64,000 nucleotides of DNA, from the NCBI GenBank assembly GCA_028867025.1, contig JAGWHC010000001.1, positions 187,695 to 251,694 of the forward strand. Reading direction: 5' to 3'. This DNA comes from Candidatus Micrarchaeota archaeon (GTDB taxonomy: Archaea; Micrarchaeota; Micrarchaeia; Micrarchaeales; CABMGC01). Under the pieces are notes generated by a model. That model did no database searches and was not told the origin of the DNA. It worked only from the letters and a program-made list of their open reading frames with translations. Both the position numbers and the translations under genes were made by a program. Positions 16,580-25,696 of the stretch are shown piece by piece (the stretch's first letter is position 1; every line of letters starts with the position of its first letter).

Positions 16580-17322
16580 TGCAACTCACTGGCGACATCG
16601 AACTCGGAGACGGCCTTCCGCTGCTCTACATTAAATCCCTGAATTCCATAGTCTGCTCCGACCTGCACCTCGGCTATGAGGGCGTCATGGCTGGAAGGGG
16701 CAGCTTTGTGCCAAAGATGAATTTCAGGAAGATAAAGGAAACGATGGCTGATGCGGTGAAGAAGTTCGGCGCAAAGAACGTCATTGTTGTAGGCGACATA
16801 AAGAACGAGTTCTCGGACGTGCACGTAGAGGAGTTCAATGAGTTCCGCGAGTTCATAAAATTCCTGAGGGAGGAGTTGGAGATTGAGAAGATAACGCTGA
16901 TCAAGGGCAACCACGACAACTTTATAGATAGGTTCAGGCCGGCGCTTCGCTTCGAGATATACGCCCAGGAGGCGCTGCTCGGCGACTACCTGTTCTTCCA
17001 CGGCGAGGAAGCGCCGAAGAGCCGAGGAGGCAAAATGCTCATCATGGGCCACCTGCATCCCGCGATAGGCGTGTACAACAGGGTGGGCGTGAAGGAGAAG
17101 ATAAGGTGCTTCCTCTACGGCAAGCTGAGCGACGGAAGAAGGATAATAATACTGCCTGCGATGAACTACTTTGCCGAGGGAGTGGACGTGAACCAGGGAA
17201 ATGTAGGCGAAATGGCGCCTGTCTTCAACGACATGCTTGACGTGAACACGATGGAGGCGCTATGCCTGGGCGAGGACGAGATACTTGACTTCGGAAAAGT
17301 GGGCGCGCTGAGAAAACTTTGA
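16576..17322 (+). CDS. SbcD/Mre11-related metallophosphoesterase (Lhr-associated MPE type)
   Basis: CSDLHLGYE, VGDIKNEF, GNHDN and GHLHP motifs; its ATG overlaps the lhr stop (ATGA). Confidence 0.85.
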   Translation: MMQLTGDIELGDGLPLLYIKSLNSIVCSDLHLGYEGVMAGRGSFVPKMNFRKIKETMADAVKKFGAKNVIVVGDIKNEFSDVHVEEFNEFREFIKFLREELEIEKITLIKGNHDNFIDRFRPALRFEIYAQEALLGDYLFFHGEEAPKSRGGKMLIMGHLHPAIGVYNRVGVKEKIRCFLYGKLSDGRRIIILPAMNYFAEGVDVNQGNVGEMAPVFNDMLDVNTMEALCLGEDEILDFGKVGALRKL

Positions 17323-17329
17323 TGAGCCA

Positions 17330-18205
17330 ATGTCCTACCTGCCAGTAATAGTCGGGCTCGTTTCCGCTTTCCTGTGGGGCTCCTCCGACTATCTTGCGGG
17401 CCTGGCTTCCAGAAAGATAGGCGAGTACGCCACCAATGCCTACGTGTTTCTTTTCGGAGGGACCACGATATTTGTTGCGCTGCTTTTTCTCGGTTCGATG
17501 CCGCATCCAGACATCACAGCTTTGCTCTACGGTGCAGCCTTTTCGATTCCGATATTCTTGGGGGCGCTGTTCTACTACAAGGCATTCAGGGAGGGTGAAT
17601 TCGCAATAAACGCTCCCATCTCGAGCTCGTATCCTGTGGTTATAGTGCTGGGCTCCGTTCTGGTGCTCGGCCAGGTGCTTTCGGGCCTTGAGATTCTAGG
17701 AATCGCGATCACTGTGTTCGGCATAATACTCATATCCACTAAATTCAGCATGCTGAAGGTGAGGAAAAGAGCGCTTGCCGCAGGTGTGGGCAGCTCGCTC
17801 ATTGCGATGATACTCCTGGGAGTGCCAAGCATCTTCGCGGCAGTTTATGCTGCGATAATAGGCTTCCTGCTTCTCAGCTTCATGTGGCGCGCACTGCCTG
17901 CAGTCATAGCATTCGTAGGCGGATGGGCGACAAGGCAGAAGCTTCGCGTGCCCAAACATCGCATACTTCTGTTTGTTGCTGTCGCGGGGCTTGCGGACGG
18001 AGTGGCGCTCTCGGTTTACCTCTATGGAATATACGTGAATGCCATGTCTCTGCCGATAATCTCAGTGCTGTCGGGCCTGACCGGAGCCGTAACCGTGACC
18101 TATGGTCTGACGCTATCGCGGGAAAGACCGGAATGGAACCAGTGGCTCGGAATCTTGCTTGCGATAGCGGGCACAGCGATATTATCCTATGTTTCCTCAT
18201 TGTGA
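17330..18205 (+). CDS. EamA/DMT-family transporter
   Basis: About 10 predicted TM helices in two EamA-like halves. Confidence 0.8.
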   Translation: MSYLPVIVGLVSAFLWGSSDYLAGLASRKIGEYATNAYVFLFGGTTIFVALLFLGSMPHPDITALLYGAAFSIPIFLGALFYYKAFREGEFAINAPISSSYPVVIVLGSVLVLGQVLSGLEILGIAITVFGIILISTKFSMLKVRKRALAAGVGSSLIAMILLGVPSIFAAVYAAIIGFLLLSFMWRALPAVIAFVGGWATRQKLRVPKHRILLFVAVAGLADGVALSVYLYGIYVNAMSLPIISVLSGLTGAVTVTYGLTLSRERPEWNQWLGILLAIAGTAILSYVSSL

Positions 18206-18209
18206 TGGC

Positions 18210-18629
18210 ATGACACTCTACGTTTACACGGATGGCGCATCACGCGGCAACCCAGGCAAGAGCGCCTCCGGCTACCTTATTCTGGACTACAGGGACAGGC
18301 AGCTCGCGAAGCGAGTATTCTACAACGGCGTGTGCACCAACAACGTGGCCGAGTACAAGGCTATAGTCGCCGCGCTGAAGAAGGCCGCTGTTATGGCGAA
18401 CCAAGGTGAGGAGATTGTCCTGCATTCTGACAGCGAACTGGTTGTGAACCAGCTTTCGGGAAATTACAGGGTGAAGGACCAGAATCTCAAGAAGCTCAAT
18501 CTTGAGGCGAAGAAGCTGCTCAAGAAATTCGGCAAGTACGAGCTACTTGCGGTAAGGAGGGAGAACAGGCACGTGAGTGCAGTCGATAAGGCGCTGAATG
18601 CCTTTCTAGACGACAAAACGAATGAGTAA
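18210..18629 (+). CDS. rnhA: ribonuclease HI
   Basis: YTDGASRGNPG, AEYKAIVAAL and HSDSELVVNQ motifs (DEDD residues). Confidence 0.85.
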   Translation: MTLYVYTDGASRGNPGKSASGYLILDYRDRQLAKRVFYNGVCTNNVAEYKAIVAALKKAAVMANQGEEIVLHSDSELVVNQLSGNYRVKDQNLKKLNLEAKKLLKKFGKYELLAVRRENRHVSAVDKALNAFLDDKTNE

Positions 18630-18672
18630 CAATGTTTAAAAAGCAAGAGACTTCACTGGTCTACGTGATAGC

Positions 18673-19116
18673 TTGTCATGGATACTGAAGCACGGTGAAA
18701 GGAAGGGGTTTGATCAGGGAACTGTGTTTGGCATCAGATACACAGAACCTATTGATTTGGACCTGCCCATTAGGCTAAATAAAGAGGAGATGTCTGCTTT
18801 TATTAGCGAAGCCAGAGATCTCGGATTCTCTGCCAAATATCGTGGATCTCGAGGTTATGAGATTGCGGTTTCGAAGAAGGGATTTTTCGGAACGTTCAGA
18901 GGATGTGCAGATATTTATCAGGAACCTGACACTGATTTTCTAAGCATTTCCCCAGGCATAGATGTGAAAAGTCACTTCGAAGTCGTTGATACTTTGCTAC
19001 GACTCACAATTCTTGGAAGAAAAATAACGGAGCTATGGGAATCGCGCGATAGGCTTGACCCTGAAAAGGCAAAAACGTTACTCGAGGATATAACTCCCCT
19101 TGCCAGGCACTCCTGA
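18673..19116 (+). CDS. hypothetical protein (147 aa), AT-richer orphan
   Basis: ORF track (TTG start; no in-frame ATG near the 5' end); no motif recognised. Confidence 0.45.
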   Translation: MSWILKHGERKGFDQGTVFGIRYTEPIDLDLPIRLNKEEMSAFISEARDLGFSAKYRGSRGYEIAVSKKGFFGTFRGCADIYQEPDTDFLSISPGIDVKSHFEVVDTLLRLTILGRKITELWESRDRLDPEKAKTLLEDITPLARHS

Positions 19117-19185
19117 TGAGCAGCTCCAGCCAGATATTATAAATATGCCGAAAATCAATACTAAGAAAGCAAAGTAGTGATATTC

Positions 19186-20652
19186 ATGGCAAGCGGAAAG
19201 GGCAAGCCACCTGTCAACACACCTCCCCCGGAGGCAAAGGAGGTCTACGACCAGGCGGGCAAGCTCTTCGAGGAGAATAAGTTCGACGAAGCGATAGCGC
19301 TGTACTCACAGGCGATAGAGAAGTATGAGGAGTACTCAAGCGCCTACTTCAACCGCGCGCTCTCGTACGCGCTGCAGAGCCAGTACGAGAAGGCGACTAA
19401 CGACGCGATGAAGGTGATGGAGCTTGAGCCCAACGCCCCCGACGCGCCGTACGTTATGGGCGTAATAAGCGAGTACCAGAACGACCTCGCTGGCGCTCAG
19501 GAGTGGTACGAGAAGTCGCTGAAGAACAACCCCAACTATACGCAGGCGAAGGACAGGCTGAAGATGCTCAAGGACAAGATGAAGGGCGCGGTTCCGGGGG
19601 CGAAGATGAAGGGAGAGGACATCACGCAGACGGTAGTGGAGGAGGGCCAGATAAAGAAGGTCGCGTGGTTCACCTCGGACATGACATTCAAAGATGTCGT
19701 CGGCCTTGACAAGCCGAAACAGATGATCCATGACAACATCATACTCGCACTTACAAAGCCGGAGTTGCTGAGGGCCTACGGCAAGAAGCTGGGCTTGGGC
19801 GCGATATTCTACGGCCCTCCGGGCAACGGCAAAACTTACCTGGTCAAGGCGATAGCCGGAGAGACGAAGGCAAGGTTCATAGTCATGCACATAAACGAGA
19901 TAGTCGACATGTACGCGGGCAACACCGAGAAGAACCTGCACGCTGTCTTCGAGCAGGCAAGGAAGAACGCCCCGTGCATAGTCTTCGCTGACGAGATAGA
20001 CGCGCTTGGGACGAAGCGCGAAGGCGAGCAGCAGAGCAACATGCGCATGGCTGTCAACCAGTTCCTCACCGAGCTGGACGGCGTGGAGAAGAACCCGGAG
20101 GGCATATTCATAATAGGCGCCACCAACCAGCCGTGGGACATGGATCCGGCACTGAAGAGGCCGGGAAGGTTCGGAGAGGCGATCTACATACCGGCACCTA
20201 ACTACAAGGCAAGGAAGGACGCATTCAAGCTAAACACGAAGAAGATGCCGCTGGCGAAGTTCACGAGCTTCGACAGGCTGGCACGCGCTACATGGGGATT
20301 CTCGCAGGCAGACATATTCGCGATATGCGACAAGGCGGCGCTGAAGGTCGCGGCTGAGGAGGACAGGACCGGGAAGAAGAGGCTGATAAAGATGGGCGAC
20401 TTCATGGCTATCATAAAACAGGCCGGCAGCTCCCTTGACGAGTGGTACGGAATGGTGAAGAAGGACGTGATAAGCAAGACCGAGACGCAGATAGTCGAAG
20501 GCAAGAAGCAGGAGATAGTCAAGGAGGGCAGGCTCACGCCTGAGGAGAAGCAGCGCTACAAGCCGATGATCAAGGACATAAAGAAGAACCTGAACCCGAT
20601 AAACATATTCGTCAAGAAGATAATGAGGTTCTGGGCTGTCTACCTATTTTAG
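19186..20652 (+). CDS. TPR-repeat plus single AAA+ ATPase domain protein
   Basis: Three TPR-like repeats at the N-terminus; Walker A GPPGNGKT, Walker B IVFADEIDAL, SRH ATNQPWDMDPALKRPGRF; hydrophobic C-terminal end IMRFWAVYLF. Confidence 0.85.
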   Translation: MASGKGKPPVNTPPPEAKEVYDQAGKLFEENKFDEAIALYSQAIEKYEEYSSAYFNRALSYALQSQYEKATNDAMKVMELEPNAPDAPYVMGVISEYQNDLAGAQEWYEKSLKNNPNYTQAKDRLKMLKDKMKGAVPGAKMKGEDITQTVVEEGQIKKVAWFTSDMTFKDVVGLDKPKQMIHDNIILALTKPELLRAYGKKLGLGAIFYGPPGNGKTYLVKAIAGETKARFIVMHINEIVDMYAGNTEKNLHAVFEQARKNAPCIVFADEIDALGTKREGEQQSNMRMAVNQFLTELDGVEKNPEGIFIIGATNQPWDMDPALKRPGRFGEAIYIPAPNYKARKDAFKLNTKKMPLAKFTSFDRLARATWGFSQADIFAICDKAALKVAAEEDRTGKKRLIKMGDFMAIIKQAGSSLDEWYGMVKKDVISKTETQIVEGKKQEIVKEGRLTPEEKQRYKPMIKDIKKNLNPINIFVKKIMRFWAVYLF

Positions 20653-20695
20653 CTGCTGCGTACTGCTATTTAAGAATTGAAATAGAATCATTATC

Positions 20696-20800
20696 ATGGA
20701 GTATACCTGCCCGATGCATCCGGAGATAGTTTCAGATAAGCCAGGGAAATGTCCGAAATGCGGAATGAGGCTCGTCGCAAAGGAAGGAAAAACTAAGTAA
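20696..20800 (+). CDS. stand-alone 34-aa heavy-metal-binding peptide (YTCPMHPE...CPKCGM type)
   Basis: Below the ORF-track cutoff. Hand translation: [34 protein letters not shown]; stop lies 5 nt before copA. Confidence 0.6.
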   Translation: MEYTCPMHPEIVSDKPGKCPKCGMRLVAKEGKTK

Positions 20801-20805
20801 GTCCC

Positions 20806-22878
20806 ATGGCAACAGACCCAGTATGCGGAATGCACGTAGATGAGAGTAGCACTAGGCTAACCAGCGAGCGGCAGGGCAGGAAGTACTACTTCTGCAGCAC
20901 TACCTGCCAGCTGCAGTTCGAGAAGCCCGAGAGGGAGCTTGCCGGATTGAAGCGCGCGCTTGAGGTTGCATGGCCGCTGACTGTCATAGTGGCGATCTTC
21001 ACCTACGTAGTCTCGGCTTCGTACGGCAACTACCTGATGTTCATGCTCGCGAGCGTGGTGCAGTTCTATTCGGGCAGGAGGTTCTATGCCGGTCTGCTCG
21101 ATGCGATAAGGAACAGATCGAGCAACATGGACACGCTCATAGCAATAGGCACCAGCGCTGCCTGGACCTACAGCACTGTAGTGGTGTTCGCTCCATCCTT
21201 CTTCCCTGCCGGCGGAATCTACTTCGACACCTCGACGATAATAATCTCGCTCATTCTCACAGGTACGTATATGCAACGCCTCGCGGAGACGCGCGCGTCG
21301 AGCGCCGTATCTGCGCTGGTAGCGCTGCAGCCCAAAATCGCGCACGTGGTAAGTGGAAACGACGTTGTTGACAAGCCGATCGAGGAGGTGGCTGCCGGCG
21401 ACGTGCTGCTGGTCAAGCCAGGAGAGAAGATACCGACAGACTCTGTGGTGCTGGAGGGCGAGAGCTCGGTTGACGAGTCGATGATAACCGGGGAGAGCAT
21501 GCCGGTAACGAAGAGGAAAGGCGATAAGGTGACGGGCGGAACGATAAACTCCACCAGCGCGCTGAGAGTCAGGGCTGAGAAGGTCGGAGAGGACACTGCC
21601 CTGGCGCAGATAATAAGGATAGTGCAGGATGCCGCTTCGAGCAAGGTGCCGATACAGAAACTCGCTGACAAGATATCATCGTACTTCGTTCCTGCTGTGG
21701 TGCTGATAGGCATACTTGCGGCTCTTGGATGGTATGTGCTTGCGGGAGTGAGCGCAAGCGTGGCGATGCTCATCTTCGTGAGCGTTCTCATAATCGCCTG
21801 CCCATGCGCACTCGGAATAGCCACGCCAGCTGCGTTGCTGGTAGCCTCTGGAAGGGCGGCGAAGAACGGAATACTGGTCAAGAGCGGAGAGAGCCTGCAG
21901 ATGGCGAGTCGCATAGACACTGTCGTACTGGACAAGACGGGCACGTTGACCAAGGGCAAGCCTGAGATTACTGATATTGTTGCAATGCCGGGCAGCAGAG
22001 AAAGGGACGTGCTGAGATACGCTGCTGTTGCGGAGATGAACTCCGAACATATAATCGGCAGGGCCGTGGTCGGGAAGGCGAAGGCATCGAAAATAGATAT
22101 GTCTTTCCCGAAGAAGTTCTCCTACAGGCAGGGGGTGGGGGTGGTGGCCGTGGACAGCGGTGGCATGGAGATAGAGGTGGGCAACCGCGATCTCTTCGAC
22201 AAGGGGCAATTGGCGAGAGCGAACGAGCGGCTGGTGAACCTGGAGGCGCAGGGCAAGACGGTGCTCGTCGTGGGAGTGAACGGCAGCATCATCGGGCTGA
22301 TAGCTCTCGCTGACGTGCTCAAGGAGGACAGCAAGCAGGCGATAGACGCGCTAACGCATGCCGGAAAGCAGGTGTGGCTAATTACAGGAGACAATGAGAA
22401 GGTTGCTGGCGCTGTGGCAGGCCAGCTGGGAATCACGAATGTGATTGCGCGCGCGAAGCCGCAGGACAAGCTAAGCAAGATAAGCGAGCTGCAGGGAGAG
22501 GGCAGGAAGGTGGCGATGATAGGCGACGGAGTTAACGACGCCCCTGCGCTGACGAAGGCTGATCTGGGCATAGCGATAGGCGCAGGCACTGAGGTGGCGA
22601 TACAGGCCGGGGGCATAATACTTGTGAGGAACAGCGTGAATGACGCGGTGGTGGCTCTGGAGCTAGGCAAGAGGACAATGAGCAAGATAAGGCAGAACCT
22701 GTTCTGGGCTTTCGGCTACAATATTGTGCTTATCCCTGTGGCTGCCGGAGCGCTTATACCCTTCTTTACAATAAGCGTGTATAATTTCCTTCCGCTGCTT
22801 GCCGCTTTCGCGATGGCATTCAGCTCGGTAACCGTAGTCTCCAACTCCTTGTTGCTGGCCAGGTTCAAGCCGGGTTAG
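20806..22878 (+). CDS. copA: copper-translocating P1B-type ATPase with N-terminal YHS/TRASH-type metal-binding domain
   Basis: DPVCGMHV...[12 protein letters not shown] at the N-terminus; CPC (IIACPCALG), DKTGTLT and [10 protein letters not shown] motifs. Confidence 0.95.
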   Translation: MATDPVCGMHVDESSTRLTSERQGRKYYFCSTTCQLQFEKPERELAGLKRALEVAWPLTVIVAIFTYVVSASYGNYLMFMLASVVQFYSGRRFYAGLLDAIRNRSSNMDTLIAIGTSAAWTYSTVVVFAPSFFPAGGIYFDTSTIIISLILTGTYMQRLAETRASSAVSALVALQPKIAHVVSGNDVVDKPIEEVAAGDVLLVKPGEKIPTDSVVLEGESSVDESMITGESMPVTKRKGDKVTGGTINSTSALRVRAEKVGEDTALAQIIRIVQDAASSKVPIQKLADKISSYFVPAVVLIGILAALGWYVLAGVSASVAMLIFVSVLIIACPCALGIATPAALLVASGRAAKNGILVKSGESLQMASRIDTVVLDKTGTLTKGKPEITDIVAMPGSRERDVLRYAAVAEMNSEHIIGRAVVGKAKASKIDMSFPKKFSYRQGVGVVAVDSGGMEIEVGNRDLFDKGQLARANERLVNLEAQGKTVLVVGVNGSIIGLIALADVLKEDSKQAIDALTHAGKQVWLITGDNEKVAGAVAGQLGITNVIARAKPQDKLSKISELQGEGRKVAMIGDGVNDAPALTKADLGIAIGAGTEVAIQAGGIILVRNSVNDAVVALELGKRTMSKIRQNLFWAFGYNIVLIPVAAGALIPFFTISVYNFLPLLAAFAMAFSSVTVVSNSLLLARFKPG

Positions 22879-22880
22879 AA

Positions 22881-23129
22881 TTATTTCAGTTTCGCGGCCC
22901 AGTTGTAGACGATCGCTACAACCGCCCCGGCAACAGCGCCGATTATGGCGCCGAGCACAACTGAGACGAATCCGAAGCCGGAGTATGCGTAGCCCATCAT
23001 ATATCCCATCATCCCGTAATAGCCGAGACCGCCCATCACTCCGTAGGGTGTGGAGAAGAGGAACCAAAGGAAACCGAGAACAGCCCCTGCGATCGCCGCG
23101 GCCTTTACGTTTATCTGCTGGGAAACCAC
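22881..23129 (-). CDS. small Gly/Tyr/Met-rich membrane protein
   Basis: ORF track; two hydrophobic helices flanking GGLGYYGMMGYMMGYAYSGFG. Confidence 0.5.
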   Translation of the reverse strand: MVSQQINVKAAAIAGAVLGFLWFLFSTPYGVMGGLGYYGMMGYMMGYAYSGFGFVSVVLGAIIGAVAGAVVAIVYNWAAKLK

Positions 23130-23199
23130 TCAGTCACCATTTCTACTGGCCAGCGAACGCTTAAAAAGTATTTATATTACTGCGCACAAGGAGTACAGC

Positions 23200-23784
23200 A
23201 TGGGAAAAAGGAGGCGGCGCTTGACCGCGTATTTGCTGGTGCTGGTGCTTCTGGCGGTCGCATCCGTTTACTTTGTCTCGCACTATGCGACTGCGCAGCC
23301 GAATGCTGCATACGACAGCCTGAACCTCAGCTCGAGGTTCGCAACCCTGAGTCAGGCGCACACGAACCTCTGCGCGCTTCCTACGTTCGTCGATTCGCTC
23401 AGCAACGGCTCATATCTTCAGGGTTCGTGCTGCAGCTATATGAACTTCACGAGCTACGTCGAGCAGGTGAACGCGCTGCACAACTACTCTGGCGTTTCTG
23501 CTGTACCCAAAGACCCGTACAACATATCTGTCAGTCTTGCAAAACGGCTGCTCGGCTACCAGAACCTCTCGCTCACTTCTGGTCAGCAGGCCGTATTCGA
23601 CAGCGCGATGCAGATGTCGCAGCCCTGCTGCTGCCACTGCTGGAGATGGTTTGCTTTCGCAGGCCAAGCGAAGTATCTGATAGTAAACTACAATTTCGGC
23701 GCGGCGCAGATAGCCAAGGTGTGGGGACTTGAAGATGGATGCGGCGGACCTCTTGACTCTGCGGGATTCAACCCTGCAGTTTGA
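23200..23784 (+). CDS. signal-anchored Cys-rich protein (PCCCHCW motif)
   Basis: MGKRRRRLTAYLLVLVLLAVASVYF signal/anchor; GSCCSY and QPCCCHCWRW; ATG 23200 follows the TATA aagtatttatatta. Confidence 0.6.
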   Translation: MGKRRRRLTAYLLVLVLLAVASVYFVSHYATAQPNAAYDSLNLSSRFATLSQAHTNLCALPTFVDSLSNGSYLQGSCCSYMNFTSYVEQVNALHNYSGVSAVPKDPYNISVSLAKRLLGYQNLSLTSGQQAVFDSAMQMSQPCCCHCWRWFAFAGQAKYLIVNYNFGAAQIAKVWGLEDGCGGPLDSAGFNPAV

Positions 23785-23785
23785 A

Positions 23786-23857
23786 GGCCTCGGCCGGGAG
23801 TCGGACCCGGTCCTGAGGATCCACAGTCCTACATGCGGCCGTTACACCACCGAGGCC
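23786..23857 (-). tRNA. tRNA-His (anticodon GTG) with encoded G-1
   Basis: Hand fold: G-1 pairs with C73, acceptor GCCTCGG/CCGAGGC, anticodon loop CTGTGGA, T-arm CCGGG-TCCGACT-CCCGG; weak D-stem (two G-U pairs), U27-C43 mismatch, 4-nt variable loop. Confidence 0.75.
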
Positions 23858-23913
23858 ATGCGCTTTTATATGCAAAACTTAGTATTTATAGATAAGTATA
23901 GTATACAACGCAT
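23858..23913. promoter_or_regulatory. 56-bp AT-rich divergent promoter spacer between tRNA-His and tRNA-Met
   Basis: tatttata at 23883..23890 lies about 28-30 nt from both mature 5' ends (23857 and 23914); extra TATA-like ttttatat (23864) and gtatagtata (23897). Confidence 0.5.
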
Positions 23914-24035
23914 GGCGGGGTAGCTCAGCCTGGTTAGAGCGTCAGACTCATATGCTAAGCACTATGAGTGGCGAGCAGTTTTGCGATGAGCGCTAAGAAA
24001 TCTGAAGGTCGAGGGTTCGAATCACTCCCCCGCCA
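23914..24035 (+). tRNA. tRNA-Met/Ile2 (anticodon CAT), elongator type, with canonical-position intron
   Basis: Acceptor GGCGGGG/CCCCGCC, D-arm GCTC..GAGC, anticodon stem TCAGA/TCTGA, loop CTCATA|A interrupted after position 37; T-arm GAGGG-TTCGAAT-CACTC (one G-A mismatch). Confidence 0.85.
23953..23999 (+). other. 47-nt tRNA intron at position 37/38
   Basis: Intron segment TATGAGT is complementary to the exon ACTCATA (anticodon loop), as expected for a bulge-helix-bulge substrate; GCTAAG is repeated near both intron ends. Confidence 0.75.
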
Positions 24036-24173
24036 AAACCACAAACGTTAGATATTTGCTTGCGGATAGTAGTATTAGCTCGCTAGGTGTGGGAATCAAA
24101 CCCACCAAGGCTTGGGGCCGGTCGTTTTTCAGACGGCACAGCTTTCATACCGGTTTAACACGGCTTTGAGCTA

Positions 24174-24338
24174 CTACCTGATTTTAATCGGTGTCAATGC
24201 CGATGCCTGGACAATCTGCGCGCTTCTCGCATACGCTGCAGATATCCACGAGACGTAGTTTGCCTCGCTCATCAGCGCGAGCAGGTAGAACGAGATGAAG
24301 AGCACGGTCAGGACCAGCACAAGGCCGTAGAACGACAT
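24174..24338 (-). CDS. small single-TM protein (54 aa), last gene of the pilin-like cluster
   Basis: Hand translation: MSFYGLVLVLTVLFISFYLLALMSEANYVSWISAAYARSAQIVQASALTPIKIR; ATG lies 4 nt after the upstream stop. Confidence 0.4.
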   Translation of the reverse strand: MSFYGLVLVLTVLFISFYLLALMSEANYVSWISAAYARSAQIVQASALTPIKIR

Positions 24339-24342
24339 TTTA

Positions 24343-24714
24343 TCACGCGAACGAGACGCACACCTCTGCTGTTGAGTTTGCGCCAGCGAGGGGCACGCTC
24401 GAGCATGCCGTGCCGTTCTGACCTATCCCTATGCTTATGCTGCCGATTCCGAATATCGCACTGAGGTTCTGCTCGATGCCTGCCATGCAACCGGTCTGGC
24501 CGCCGTCGTAGAGCTGCAATACGCAGTCGTTGTACGTGGCATTGCGCTGGAGCGCGTTGAATATGTCGTATATGGCGATGCCTCTCTGCAATGACGCTGA
24601 CTGGGCAGCGAGGCCCGCGGTTGACGAATTGACAATTCCGGAGGCGAAGGTGATGGCTGATATCACCGCCGCGAACGCGATGCCAGCCTCTATTGTTGCG
24701 AACTGCGCCTTCAT
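24343..24714 (-). CDS. type IV pilin-like protein (class III signal peptide)
   Basis: N-terminus MKAQFATIEAGIAFAAVISAITF ([KR]-A-Q-x-x-x-x-E plus hydrophobic helix). Confidence 0.7.
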   Translation of the reverse strand: MKAQFATIEAGIAFAAVISAITFASGIVNSSTAGLAAQSASLQRGIAIYDIFNALQRNATYNDCVLQLYDGGQTGCMAGIEQNLSAIFGIGSISIGIGQNGTACSSVPLAGANSTAEVCVSFA

Positions 24715-24718
24715 TGGG

Positions 24719-25696
24719 TCAGCTCTTGATATCGATCACGCTGCCAAGGTAGTAGACAGTCTGGTTGAATGGGCCAAGGCTCGGAGAAAGGGTGACGTTT
24801 ACAAGGTAGAGGAACGGCGAGACCGCATTGCACGTATATGCGCTTCCTGAAACAGCGCACGCGGGTCTCGTGCCGTTGCTTTCTACCAGGTGCAGCTGGG
24901 CACTGGCGTAAGCGCCTATCGCCTGCTCTATGCTTGCCTGCGTCTCGCCTCCAACGCCAGTGCCGTTGTAGAACGCAAGCATTGGGAAGAGGGTGTTCTT
25001 GTCCTGCGAGTAGATCGAGAGGATGGTTTGGTTGGCTGTGGTGTAGCTGCCGCTGTTGTCCGCGAGTGCGACGCTCGGAACTGGATCTGCGCTGCTTACG
25101 CTAGACACGCTTGCGCTGCCGACCACGCTGCCGCCCAGCATCACGCGCGAGCTGTTCTCTCCGCTGCTTATTTCGGAGCGCATTGTCCCAAGGGGCGATT
25201 CAAGTGTAAGCGTGAAGTTGTACGCGTAGGCGCGCTGACCTGCGATTGTTTCGGTGCTGAAGTTGAGCTCATGCGGAATTATGCAGTAGGCGCCGCTGTA
25301 CCAGCAGTCGTAGCCCGCGAGGTACTCCCAGGCGTTGGAGGTGCCGCACTGCTGGCTGATGTTGAGCAGGCCGCCGTAGAAGCCGTGGTAGGAGCAGTGG
25401 CTGAACTGGGTCAGGTTGATCACAGGCGATGGAGCGCCGATGCCGTAGCTCAGCCTCTCGCTTCTGTTCGATATCGCTGCTGAGTAGGATGCGTAGGAGT
25501 AGGTGGTGGTAAGCGGCGAGTAGTTGAAGAACACGGGAGGCTGCTGGTACGACGCGTTCGGCGACCGGTTCGCTATCGCAGCCAGCGCCGAGGTCTGCGA
25601 GAAGAGGTTCTTCGAGTAGAAGCCTATGAGGAATAAGCTCATCGCCGCTACTGCGCTGCCTATCAGCAGGAACTCGAGACTAGCTTGCGCCCTCAT
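24719..25696 (-). CDS. large type IV pilin-like protein (325 aa), sequon-rich
   Basis: N-terminus MRAQASLEFLLIGSAVAAMSLFLIGF; many N-x-S/T sites. Confidence 0.7.
   Translation of the reverse strand: MRAQASLEFLLIGSAVAAMSLFLIGFYSKNLFSQTSALAAIANRSPNASYQQPPVFFNYSPLTTTYSYASYSAAISNRSERLSYGIGAPSPVINLTQFSHCSYHGFYGGLLNISQQCGTSNAWEYLAGYDCWYSGAYCIIPHELNFSTETIAGQRAYAYNFTLTLESPLGTMRSEISSGENSSRVMLGGSVVGSASVSSVSSADPVPSVALADNSGSYTTANQTILSIYSQDKNTLFPMLAFYNGTGVGGETQASIEQAIGAYASAQLHLVESNGTRPACAVSGSAYTCNAVSPFLYLVNVTLSPSLGPFNQTVYYLGSVIDIKS

Noticed and set aside
24075-24173. T-arm-like hairpin GTGGG-TTTGATT-CCCAC and AGCT..AGCT segments on the minus strand, considered as a sixth (possibly intron-containing or split) tRNA
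   Set aside because: No acceptor-stem pairing could be built, the loop lacks the invariant C56, and the candidate anticodon loop has 8 nt. These are more likely terminator-type hairpins in the convergent gap between tRNA-Met and the pilin cluster.
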